Source: Bacilli bacterium (GTDB lineage: Bacteria; Bacillota_I; Bacilli_A; ML615J-28; CAG-698). Taken from it: a DNA stretch of 59,505 nucleotides. The stretch covers positions 1-59,505 of the forward strand of contig JAZNJG010000189.1 in the NCBI GenBank assembly GCA_045577945.1, written 5' to 3'. The notes beneath the pieces are model-generated. The model did not search any database. It saw only the letters and a list, made by a program, of their open reading frames with translations, and was not told the DNA's origin. How positions within the stretch are numbered: position 1 is the first letter of the stretch; each line of letters opens with the position of its first letter. Both the position numbers and the translations under genes were made by a program. This document shows positions 18,790 to 27,229 of the stretch, one piece after another.

Positions 18790-19534
18790 TATTGATATTA
18801 ATAAAGTAAAGTTAATAACAAAAGTATTGTCTAGGGAAGAGGACGACTATCAAAAGAGACTTCAACAAGTATGTAGATTGAGATATGTTGAAATGATAAA
18901 CGAATATAATCAAAATACTCCAGAAGAAGGTACTGATTTTGATGAATATGATAAGTATTGTGATCATCTTGTGGTTATTGATGAGGTTAGTGATAAAGTA
19001 GTTGGAACGTACCGATTTATACTAAGTGAACATGTTACTAATTTAGATAATAAGTTCTTAACTGAAAACGAATTTAATATTGATGAAGTAAAGAAAGAAG
19101 GAAAAATCTTAGAATTAGGAAGGGCATGTGTAGATAAAAATTACCGAAATGGCTCCGCAATAACTCTTTTGTGGAAAGCTGCGATAAAATATGCGGTTGA
19201 AAAAGAAGTAAGGTTTATGGTAGGAACAGCATCATTTCATGGAGTAGATGCTAAACCTTATGAAAAAACGTTTAAATATCTTGTACAAAACTATAAGAGT
19301 GATTATAACTGTTATGCTATAGGAAATATTTGTCCTATAGATATTTCAGGAGAAATCGTAAGTAAAGAAGAAATTGTCGAAATGCTTCCACCTCTTGTGA
19401 AAGGTTATATGAGGTTAGGCGCTAAAATATCTAAGGATGCTTATTTTGACTATGATTTTAACAGTACTGATATTTTAATTATTATTGACATTGATAATAT
19501 GGATGCTCGATATAAAGCAAGATTTTTAAAATAA
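18782..19534 (+). CDS. OlsB-like GNAT N-acyltransferase (amino-lipid synthesis family)
   Basis: DEYDKYCDHL, VVGTYR, LELGRACV, GTASF, PPLVKGYMRLGAKI and DFNSTD. The second ATG (18782) is preferred because it follows a gggga RBS. Confidence 0.8.
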   Translation: MNNIDINKVKLITKVLSREEDDYQKRLQQVCRLRYVEMINEYNQNTPEEGTDFDEYDKYCDHLVVIDEVSDKVVGTYRFILSEHVTNLDNKFLTENEFNIDEVKKEGKILELGRACVDKNYRNGSAITLLWKAAIKYAVEKEVRFMVGTASFHGVDAKPYEKTFKYLVQNYKSDYNCYAIGNICPIDISGEIVSKEEIVEMLPPLVKGYMRLGAKISKDAYFDYDFNSTDILIIIDIDNMDARYKARFLK

Positions 19535-19564
19535 AAAATGGACGTTATGTCCATTTTATTTTTT
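19533..19564. terminator. Bidirectional intrinsic terminator
   Basis: aaaatggac-gttat-gtccatttt between convergent genes. Confidence 0.75.
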
Positions 19565-19571
19565 AATTATA

Positions 19572-20339
19572 TTAACTTACAATTTTACCATTAATTTTAA
19601 TTAGTAATTCTGATTCAGGCAACACTTCTGGAATCGAAAAAGTCAAGATGTTGTTAGAATATTCAAAAGGAATATTTTTATCATCTATAGTCAAAGCGTT
19701 CTCTTCGTTTAATTTAAAGGTTACAGGGAGTTCATCATATATTTCTACGTTATAAGCACTTATATTTCCTGTATTTTTAAGGATTAAATCGTATGTTAAA
19801 TCAGAATTCAAGTATGTGAAATCTTCTTGAGTTTGTTTGAAACATTCGATATGAGCAAATCCTTGTTTTAGTTTTAGGTCTTTAGATTTTGTTTCTTCGA
19901 CTTCATCGCTAGAGATAGAAATTAAAGATTTAATTTCTTTTACATTGTTTGTAATAGTTTTATAAGATACAACACAAACATCGTTAGGTTCTAAATAGGG
20001 TATTTGAATTTTAAAATTATTATCTTCATATGTGTATGTTAAGTTAATCTCTTGATTATTTAAAAGTGAATATTTTATAGTATTTGTTAGCAATTCTTGA
20101 CCATTGACTAAATCATTAATAACTATATTATTAGTTATTGTGTTACCAGAATTAGTAAGAATGATATTATATGTCATAATATCTCCGGGTTTAAAATAGT
20201 CACTACTAGAAAATTTTCTAGCCAACAAACCCATTTTTCTAACTTCTGTACTAACAACATTTGAAGTTGAAACACCATTTAGATTGACACCATCTAAATT
20301 ATAAGAATATTTTACTCTTGCCATACTTTTAACGTTCAT
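19572..20339 (-). CDS. DUF11 / conserved-repeat-domain protein (two Ig-like units, no signal peptide)
   Basis: PGDIMTYNIILTNSG...VIND and LTYDLILKNTG...VEIYDELP. RBS aaggagg. Confidence 0.78.
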   Translation of the reverse strand: MNVKSMARVKYSYNLDGVNLNGVSTSNVVSTEVRKMGLLARKFSSSDYFKPGDIMTYNIILTNSGNTITNNIVINDLVNGQELLTNTIKYSLLNNQEINLTYTYEDNNFKIQIPYLEPNDVCVVSYKTITNNVKEIKSLISISSDEVEETKSKDLKLKQGFAHIECFKQTQEDFTYLNSDLTYDLILKNTGNISAYNVEIYDELPVTFKLNEENALTIDDKNIPFEYSNNILTFSIPEVLPESELLIKINGKIVS

Positions 20340-20457
20340 AAATCCTCCTTCTCATCCAATATAAACTATTATGTTAAAGGTATAGTGGGAACTATACTGC
20401 ATAGTAAAAAACTATACATATAAATATATGCACATGAGTTAGTAAATATTCCAAAAA

Positions 20458-20787
20458 TTAAAAATATTTTTTATTTATTAAATCAACTAGAGAGTTATAT
20501 CTATTATCGATATCTTTTTTCAATAGTTCAAATTCTTCTGCAACAGTGAAAGAGGGGGAAGTTAATTCCATTTGCGCTTGAATTGTCAACATAGCTTGAG
20601 AAATAAGTTGAAAAAAATTACCGAGAGAATTAAGTTCCGGAGAAGACAAAGGAATAGAGATAATAACTCCGATAACTCCGCCTAACAATCCAAATTCATA
20701 TGGCGGAATATTCTTTAAAAATGAAGATAAAGATTTAAAATCATAGTTTTTAAAGTTAAATAGAGGGTCATCAATAACTATCACCAC
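20458..20787 (-). CDS. Small hypothetical protein, DUF6774-like
   Basis: LSSPELNSLGNFFQLISQAMLT resembles DUF6774-type small proteins of spore-forming Firmicutes. Start uncertain. Confidence 0.55.
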   Translation of the reverse strand: MVIVIDDPLFNFKNYDFKSLSSFLKNIPPYEFGLLGGVIGVIISIPLSSPELNSLGNFFQLISQAMLTIQAQMELTSPSFTVAEEFELLKKDIDNRYNSLVDLINKKYF

Positions 20788-20910
20788 ATAATCATATGAT
20801 GATAAATTTAAAATTAATACATTTATTAATAAAGATTAAAAAATATTAGAAAAGAATCATTAGCAAAAATAAATCTCAAGCATAGTATAAAGTGAAAGGA
20901 AGGTGTGAAT

Positions 20911-21036
20911 ATGGGAAACTGTGGAAACGTTAATCCTTGTTGCGGATTTGGCAATGGAAATAATAGTGGAAGATGGGCATTCGTATTAGTATTATTTATT
21001 TTATTAGTTATTTGTGGCGCAGCATTTGTATTCTAA
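20911..21036 (+). CDS. YjcZ/SscA-family small sporulation-type membrane protein (41 aa; absent from the ORF track)
   Basis: RBS aaggaaggtg precedes MGNCGNVNPCCGFGNGNNSGRWAFVLVLFILLVICGAAFVF*. A Gly/Cys-rich N-terminus plus A.xVLFILL.I.G is the family signature. Confidence 0.85.
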   Translation: MGNCGNVNPCCGFGNGNNSGRWAFVLVLFILLVICGAAFVF

Positions 21037-21051
21037 TAATTTAAACGCAAA

Positions 21052-21312
21052 ATGATTATAAATATGAACTGGAAAGATAAGAAAACAGATAATATATTTA
21101 GAAATAAAGAATTTTTTAATATAAAAGTCGAAGATATTAATATCTTTTTAAAAGAAATGAAAATTAATTTTGATGAAACAATCAAACGTCTAGGGCAAAA
21201 ACTTGAATATAAGATAAATAAAAATAATCAAAAGAAAAGGTTAATAAAGGATATAAATTATAAAGAATTATTAGAAAAAATAAATAAATATTTATTCAAA
21301 AAGATTAAATAG
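21052..21312 (+). CDS. Hypothetical basic protein
   Basis: 86-aa Lys/Asn-rich ORF followed by a terminator. No clear RBS. Confidence 0.45.
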   Translation: MIINMNWKDKKTDNIFRNKEFFNIKVEDINIFLKEMKINFDETIKRLGQKLEYKINKNNQKKRLIKDINYKELLEKINKYLFKKIK

Positions 21313-21342
21313 AAAAGCCTTTTAAAGAGGCTTTTTCTTTTT
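21312..21342 (+). terminator. Intrinsic terminator
   Basis: aaaagcct-tttaaag-aggctttt followed by T tail. Confidence 0.78.
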
Positions 21343-21422
21343 GTAATCAGTGTTTAATTTTTATTTAACTTCTTTACTTCTTATATTTAAAATGATAAAA
21401 TATAAGAAAAGGAGAGTAAAAA

Positions 21423-23585
21423 ATGAATTTAAAAAATATTACACGTTATTTTTCAGTATTGTTATTCATGTTTGCTTTAGTTGTGTTTGTTGGATGTGGT
21501 GAAGTGGTTTATGAACTAACTTTAAATGGCGATGCTAATTTAGAAGTAAAAGTAGAAGAAACTGTTGAATTGCCATTACAATACACTGCAGGAGCAAATT
21601 TAAAAGTAGAAATCAATCCTTCAGATTTAGCCTCATACGAAAATGGTAAATTAAAAGGATTGAAAGAAGGAACTGCTGAGGTTATCGTTTCCTTAGTAGA
21701 AGATGCAACTAAAACAGTAGAAATTACTCTTGTTGTTAAAGCAAAAGATGTAAGCGTTGGTCATACTCACGAATATGATCAAGAAGTTGTAGATGTTAAA
21801 TATTTAGCTAAAGAAGCTACATGTGAAACAAAAGCTACATATTATAAATCATGTACTTGTGGAGAAACTGATAAAGCACAAACATTTGAAACAGGCGAAT
21901 TAGCTGCTCATGTATATGATCAAGAAGTTGTAGATGTTAAATACTTAGCAAGCGAAGCTACAACTGAAAGCCCTGCTAAATACTATAAATCTTGTGTTTG
22001 TGGGGAAACTGATAAAGGTGAAACGTTTGAAAACGGTGAAAAAATTTCAAAGTATACTATCGTATTAGATTATGGATATGATGATAAAGAAGAAATAATA
22101 ACATTTGTTGATAAAGCAGAAGTAGAATTACCTACTCCTACAAGAGATGGTTATGAATTCTTAGGCTGGTTTATTGGTGATAATAAGGTTACTGAATTAG
22201 AAAATCAAGATTATAATTTAATAGCTAATTGGCAAGCTGTTAAGGTATCGATGGAAATATTCACATCAGATGATAAAACAGAATATTACCTAGATGATGA
22301 ATTCTATGTTTATGTTAAGTTTACTCCTGCATCGGCTGCTCAAGATGTTACTTGGAGATCTTTAACTGCTACTAGAGGAAAAGTTTATGAAGATGGAGTT
22401 GTTGAAATCATTAAAGATGGTACACTTACAATTAGAGCTATAACTGCTGATGGTGAATTAAGCGCCAGGATTAATTTGACAATTCTTGATTATTATAATC
22501 CTTATAGATTCTTAGAAGAAATTCATATTCCAGAAGTTGTGGCTAAAACTGTTACTGCCTATGACAGCAATACTGGTTATAAAACATATATACTAGGTGG
22601 TATCACTAATTATATGTTTAAGGATATCGATGTTAAACAAAATATTATTGAAGAAGGACGCGTTAACCGTCCTGGAACAAGTGCGAACGGTAATAAATTC
22701 TCTGCTAAATATGTGACTGTTCACGATGTAGGAGCTAGTGGAAATGCTTTAGCAAATACTAATTATTGTGCTACTGCCACAAATGTTTCTTGGCATTACA
22801 CAGTCGGAAATGATGGTATTTTCCAACAACTACCTTTAAATGAAGTAGGTTGGCATGCGGGTGATGGCACTAGTGTTCCGCTAGAATTTACGAATACGAA
22901 TATTAAAGCTCCGAATGGAAACTATGATCCAGCGAAAGTCACTATCAATCAAACTAGTGGAAACTTTGAATTAAACGGAATTGAAACAACTATTAAAGCT
23001 CCATTAAAACCAAATGGACAAATAGTTTCTAATAATGAGTTACCATATACAGGAATTAATAACTATGTTAATGAAGATGGTTATTATATGTTAAGTAATA
23101 CTCATTGGGATAAAACTTATCAAACTTTAGGAAATTATGGAGGAAACTTAAATAGTATTGGTATTGAAACATGTGTAAATAAGGGTGCAAGTTTATATTT
23201 AACATGGTATTTAACTGCTAAACTAATTGCCACAAATATTTTACCTCGTACAGGATTGAAACCAGTAGATGTAAAACAACATAACACATTTAGTGGTAAA
23301 GACTGTCCTATGACTATGAGACATGCAAACCAATGGGAAAACTTTATGAAGATTGTTTCATTTGAATATAAAGCATATTCATTCTTCTTAACAAAAGGAT
23401 GGACTTTAGAATTAATTTGCGATTCTGAATATGTAACTGGTAGTGGTATAGTAAGTTCTTTACCAGAAATAGATACGACTATTCAATATAAAGTTCGTTT
23501 AGTAAATACAAAATTAGGATTTGATGAAACTGTTACATATAATACATTACTTCCTGCTGCAAGTAACATTGTGGTTAATTATTAA
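21423..23585 (+). CDS. Lipoprotein: Big_2, two His/Cys repeats, InlB B-type repeat, Big_2, Amidase_2 with large insertion
   Basis: Lipobox VFVGC and LPTPTRDGYEFLGWF. Amidase motifs VTVHDV, SWHYTV, NEVGWHAGDG, SIGIE and QHNTFSGKDCP. Confidence 0.87.
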   Translation: MNLKNITRYFSVLLFMFALVVFVGCGEVVYELTLNGDANLEVKVEETVELPLQYTAGANLKVEINPSDLASYENGKLKGLKEGTAEVIVSLVEDATKTVEITLVVKAKDVSVGHTHEYDQEVVDVKYLAKEATCETKATYYKSCTCGETDKAQTFETGELAAHVYDQEVVDVKYLASEATTESPAKYYKSCVCGETDKGETFENGEKISKYTIVLDYGYDDKEEIITFVDKAEVELPTPTRDGYEFLGWFIGDNKVTELENQDYNLIANWQAVKVSMEIFTSDDKTEYYLDDEFYVYVKFTPASAAQDVTWRSLTATRGKVYEDGVVEIIKDGTLTIRAITADGELSARINLTILDYYNPYRFLEEIHIPEVVAKTVTAYDSNTGYKTYILGGITNYMFKDIDVKQNIIEEGRVNRPGTSANGNKFSAKYVTVHDVGASGNALANTNYCATATNVSWHYTVGNDGIFQQLPLNEVGWHAGDGTSVPLEFTNTNIKAPNGNYDPAKVTINQTSGNFELNGIETTIKAPLKPNGQIVSNNELPYTGINNYVNEDGYYMLSNTHWDKTYQTLGNYGGNLNSIGIETCVNKGASLYLTWYLTAKLIATNILPRTGLKPVDVKQHNTFSGKDCPMTMRHANQWENFMKIVSFEYKAYSFFLTKGWTLELICDSEYVTGSGIVSSLPEIDTTIQYKVRLVNTKLGFDETVTYNTLLPAASNIVVNY
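21768..22049 (+). repeat. Tandem 141-bp (47-aa) intragenic repeat x2
   Basis: The 30-mer atatgatcaagaagttgtagatgttaaata is identical at 21773 and 21914. Protein unit HxYDQEVVDVKYL...AT...YYKSCxCGE. Confidence 0.9.
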
Positions 23586-23595
23586 TTAAAAAATA

Positions 23596-23627
23596 GGAGT
23601 GTTAGTTTATTTAAACTAACACTTTTT
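23596..23627 (+). terminator. Intrinsic terminator
   Basis: agtgttagttta-tt-taaactaacact followed by T-run. Confidence 0.78.
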
Positions 23628-23716
23628 AATTTTTAAAAAAATAAATAAGGGGGTTTATTTTTTAATATAAGTATGATATAATAAATAGACAATAAAAAAG
23701 CAAAGGAGAATTATTT

Positions 23717-24436
23717 ATGGGAAGAGCACATGAGGTACGAGCTGCTTCAATGGCTAAAACAGCAGCTATCAAAAGTAAACAAAATGCAAAATATGCAAAA
23801 GCTATTTATGTAGCAGCAAAGGCGGGTGTCCCTGATCCAGAGCTAAATCAAGCTTTAAAGAAAGAAATTGAAAAAGCTAAAAAGGAACACATTCCTGCAG
23901 ATGTTATAAAAAGAGCTATTGAAAAAGCAAAAGGTGGACAAGGAGAAGCTTATAACGAAGTTAGATATGAAGGCTTTGGTCCTAACAACTGCATGGTAAT
24001 TGTTGATTGTATCACAGACAATGTTAATAGAACATACACAGCTGTTAAAACTGCATTTGGTAAAACAGGATTTAAATTAGGTGTTTCTGGCTGTGTAGCA
24101 TATATGTTTGATAATTTAGCAATATTTACATTTAAAGGTCATACAGATGAAGAAGTACTAGAAGCTTTAATGATGGCTGATGTAGAAGTTAATGATGTAG
24201 AACTTGATGAAGAATATGTTACAGTATATGCTCCTAACACATCATATACTAAAGTAAGAGAAGCTTTAGTTGAAGCGTTTGGTGAAATTGAATTTGCTGA
24301 AGATGAAACAACACTAATTCCTCAAAACTATTGCGAATTAGATGCTGAAGGTCTAAGAAAATTCAATAACTTTAGAGATATGTTAGATGACATTGAAGAT
24401 GTTCAAGAATTATATCATAATATTAAGAACGCATAA
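23717..24436 (+). CDS. yebC: YebC/PmpR family protein
   Basis: PDPELN, RYEGFGP, TDNVNRT and DIEDVQELYHN. Confidence 0.93.
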   Translation: MGRAHEVRAASMAKTAAIKSKQNAKYAKAIYVAAKAGVPDPELNQALKKEIEKAKKEHIPADVIKRAIEKAKGGQGEAYNEVRYEGFGPNNCMVIVDCITDNVNRTYTAVKTAFGKTGFKLGVSGCVAYMFDNLAIFTFKGHTDEEVLEALMMADVEVNDVELDEEYVTVYAPNTSYTKVREALVEAFGEIEFAEDETTLIPQNYCELDAEGLRKFNNFRDMLDDIEDVQELYHNIKNA

Positions 24437-24455
24437 TATTAACGCAAAGAAAATA

Positions 24456-24487
24456 AAAATGGATTATATGTATATATAGTCCATTTT
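24456..24487 (+). terminator. Intrinsic terminator
   Basis: aaaatggattata...tatagtccatttt hairpin. Confidence 0.65.
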
Positions 24488-24506
24488 AAAATAATTAGGT
24501 GGGATA

Positions 24507-24998
24507 ATGGTAAAGAGTAAGAATTTAAGGAAAGTAAAGTTTATTAATAGACTGAAGACTGTTTATATAATATTGTTTGCTCTCTTTTCAACTTTGGGAT
24601 TTTTCCCTTTGTTTAAAGTGCTAGTATATCATTCAGTTACTGATGGTCTATTGTTTGTGGTATATGCGATTGTATTATTCTTCTTTTATGGTTACTTTAG
24701 AAGAAGAATATCCGGCTTACAAAACGAGATATATAAGATAACGTTTATGAATGGCCAAGTAACTTTTTATACGCCAAGTTTTGTATATATCACAAGAAAT
24801 AAAGAATGTGTGGAAATAATTGTTAAAAAATACGAATGTATTTTCAAGTTTGAAAAAGGGATAATGCTTAAATATAAAACAAGACAAAATAATTTTTACA
24901 TTACAAGGAAGCATAGAGACGGAAAAGAAAGAATTAATATAGATGATTTAAATAAGAGTAATTTTCCGCAAGCTAAAATTACTATTACAAAAAAATGA
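24507..24998 (+). CDS. Hypothetical membrane protein (2 TM plus soluble C-terminal domain)
   Basis: Two N-terminal hydrophobic helices. RBS aggtgg. Confidence 0.65.
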   Translation: MVKSKNLRKVKFINRLKTVYIILFALFSTLGFFPLFKVLVYHSVTDGLLFVVYAIVLFFFYGYFRRRISGLQNEIYKITFMNGQVTFYTPSFVYITRNKECVEIIVKKYECIFKFEKGIMLKYKTRQNNFYITRKHRDGKERINIDDLNKSNFPQAKITITKK

Positions 24999-25005
24999 GA
25001 TTAGA

Positions 25006-25037
25006 TAAAAACTAGCTAAATGCTAGTTTTTATTTTT
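25006..25037 (+). terminator. Intrinsic terminator
   Basis: aaaaactagc-taaat-gctagttttt. Confidence 0.75.
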
Positions 25038-25127
25038 AAAATTTACATTAAACCAACAAAAGAGGTAGATTCAACTTAAGTATAAATATAAAAAATAAAT
25101 AAAAAATAAAAATTCTCAAAAAAATTG

Positions 25128-25156
25128 TTGACAAAAAAAGACGACTCTGATATAAT
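25128..25156 (+). promoter_or_regulatory. Consensus sigmaA promoter of the S10 operon
   Basis: TTGACA-17 bp-TATAAT with an extended TG and upstream A-tracts. Confidence 0.92.
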
Positions 25157-25162
25157 ATATAA

Positions 25163-25287
25163 GGTTATGCACAGGACTAAGATATGCGAGGTTGCTGATA
25201 CGCCCGGGTTCGTTGCCAATACCTAGGAAATCAGGTAATTCGCATGGAGTCAAGCAACATTTTAAATGAAGCGAAGGAGGAAAAAAC
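25163..25287 (+). ncRNA. S10 (rpsJ) ribosomal-protein leader RNA, Bacillota type
   Basis: GAGGTTGCTGA-x-ACGCCCGG...GCCA...TCAGG...GGAG resembles the recalled B. subtilis rpsJ leader. Closing stem atgcga (25184) / tcgcat (25240). Confidence 0.75.
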
Positions 25288-25593
25288 ATGGCAAAAAAAG
25301 CATTAAGAATTAAATTAGTTTCTTATGATCACAGATTAATCGATGATGCAGCAAAGAAATTCGTTGAAGCTGCGAAGAAGACAGGTGCTAAGGTGTCTGG
25401 TCCGATTCCACTACCAACTGAAAAGGAAATCTTCACAATCATCCGTTCACCACACAAACATAAAGATAGTCGTGAACAATTTGAAAGAAGAACTCATAAG
25501 CGTTTAATCGATATCGTTGAAACAACACCAAAAACTATGGATGCACTAGTTCATCTAGAAATTCCTGTAGGTGTTGAAATCATTCTTAAATAA
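25288..25593 (+). CDS. rpsJ: 30S ribosomal protein S10
   Basis: GPIPLPT, RSPH, SREQFE and THKRLIDI. Confidence 0.99.
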   Translation: MAKKALRIKLVSYDHRLIDDAAKKFVEAAKKTGAKVSGPIPLPTEKEIFTIIRSPHKHKDSREQFERRTHKRLIDIVETTPKTMDALVHLEIPVGVEIILK

Positions 25594-25618
25594 TGAGTAT
25601 TATAGGAGGTGAAAACTC

Positions 25619-26284
25619 ATGGCTAAAGGAATCTTAGGTAGAAAAATTGGAATGACACAAATTTTCTCAGCACAAGGTGAACTTATTCCTGTTACTGTTA
25701 TAGAAGTAAGTAATAACGTTGTGTTACAAGTTAAGACAGTTGAAAACGATGGTTATGCAGCTGTTCAATTAGGTTTTGGAGATGCTAAAGTTAAAAATTC
25801 AACTAAAGCAGCTATAATGCATGCTAAGAAGGCTAATCCTGACACAAATCCTAAGCGCTTCATTAAAGAAATCGCTGGGGACGAAATGTTAGTCTTTAAA
25901 GCAGGCCAAGAGGTAAAAGCAAATATATTTGCAGAAGGTGAAATTGTAGATGTTACTGGAACAAGTAAAGGTAAAGGATATGCTGGTTCAATCAAACGCC
26001 ACAACTTCCATAGAGGTCCTATGGCTCATGGTTCTGGTTATCATAGAGGTACTGGTTCAATGGGTTCAATTGATTCTGCAAGAATTTTCAAGAACAGAAA
26101 AATGCCTGGTAGATTAGGTGGAGAAAAAGTTACTGTTCAAAACTTATCAATCGTTAAAATCGATTTAGAAAAAAATATTATATTAGTAAGGGGTAATGTT
26201 CCTGGTGCTAAGAATTCATTTGTTATGATTTCTAATGCTGTTAAAGCTGGCTCTCAACCAATTAACCCTGATGCATTAGCGTAG
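25619..26284 (+). CDS. rplC: 50S ribosomal protein L3
   Basis: [20 protein letters not shown] and KMPGRLG. Confidence 0.99.
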   Translation: MAKGILGRKIGMTQIFSAQGELIPVTVIEVSNNVVLQVKTVENDGYAAVQLGFGDAKVKNSTKAAIMHAKKANPDTNPKRFIKEIAGDEMLVFKAGQEVKANIFAEGEIVDVTGTSKGKGYAGSIKRHNFHRGPMAHGSGYHRGTGSMGSIDSARIFKNRKMPGRLGGEKVTVQNLSIVKIDLEKNIILVRGNVPGAKNSFVMISNAVKAGSQPINPDALA

Positions 26285-26300
26285 AAAGGAGAAATAGAAT

Positions 26301-26924
26301 ATGCCTACTATTAAAGTATTAAATCAAGAAGGCACAGAGATCAAAGAACTTGTTCTTTCTGAAGAAATCTTTGGTGTTCAACCTAATATGCAAGTTGTTT
26401 ATGATGTAGTTAACGCTGAAAGAGCAGCTATGAGACAAGGAACACATTGTACAAAAGGTCGTAGCGAAGTAAGCGGCGGCGGCAAAAAACCTTGGAGACA
26501 AAAAGGCACTGGTCGTGCTCGTCAAGGTACTACGAGAGCTCCACAATGGCGTGGTGGTGGTATAGTATTTGGTCCAAAACCAAGAAGCTATGCAGTTAAA
26601 ACAAATAAGAAGGTAGTAAGACTTGCTAAGAAAGTTTTATTATCAAATAGATTAGCAAATAACAGCCTAGTAGTTGTTGATCAAATTCAATTAGAAACAT
26701 TCAAAACTAAAGAATTAGTTAAAGTTCTTGATGCATTAAAAGTTAATGGAAAAGTTATCGTTATGTTAGCTGAAGAAAACACAAACTTATCAATTGCTTC
26801 AAACAACATTCCTAATTGTTATGTTCAAAATGTTAGTCATTTAAGTGTTTATGATTTAATCATTGGAACAACTTATGTATTAACTGAAGGTGCTGTTAAG
26901 AAATATGAGGAGGAATTAAAATAA
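26301..26924 (+). CDS. rplD: 50S ribosomal protein L4
   Basis: GGGKKPWRQKGTGRARQG. Confidence 0.99.
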   Translation: MPTIKVLNQEGTEIKELVLSEEIFGVQPNMQVVYDVVNAERAAMRQGTHCTKGRSEVSGGGKKPWRQKGTGRARQGTTRAPQWRGGGIVFGPKPRSYAVKTNKKVVRLAKKVLLSNRLANNSLVVVDQIQLETFKTKELVKVLDALKVNGKVIVMLAEENTNLSIASNNIPNCYVQNVSHLSVYDLIIGTTYVLTEGAVKKYEEELK

Positions 26925-27217
26925 TGAAAAATCCTTATGATGTTATAGTTAAACAAATTATTACTGAAAAAACTACTAAGTTAGCTGAAGAAAATAAATA
27001 TACTTTTGAAGTTGCAAAAGGCGCTAATAAAATAGAAGTTAAAAACGCAATTGAAGAAATATTTGAATCTAAGAATGTAAAAGTTAAAAGTGTAAAAATG
27101 ATAAACGTTAGAAAAAAACCACATAGAATGGGACGTTATGAAGGTTTCAAACCAGCTGTTCATAAAGCAATCGTTACATTGCATGATGGTTGTTCTCTAG
27201 ACGTATTCGAAATTTAG
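26924..27217 (+). CDS. rplW: 50S ribosomal protein L23
   Basis: ITEK, YTFEV and ANKIEVKNAIE; operon position. Confidence 0.98.
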   Translation: MKNPYDVIVKQIITEKTTKLAEENKYTFEVAKGANKIEVKNAIEEIFESKNVKVKSVKMINVRKKPHRMGRYEGFKPAVHKAIVTLHDGCSLDVFEI

Positions 27218-27229
27218 GAGGCTTTTATA

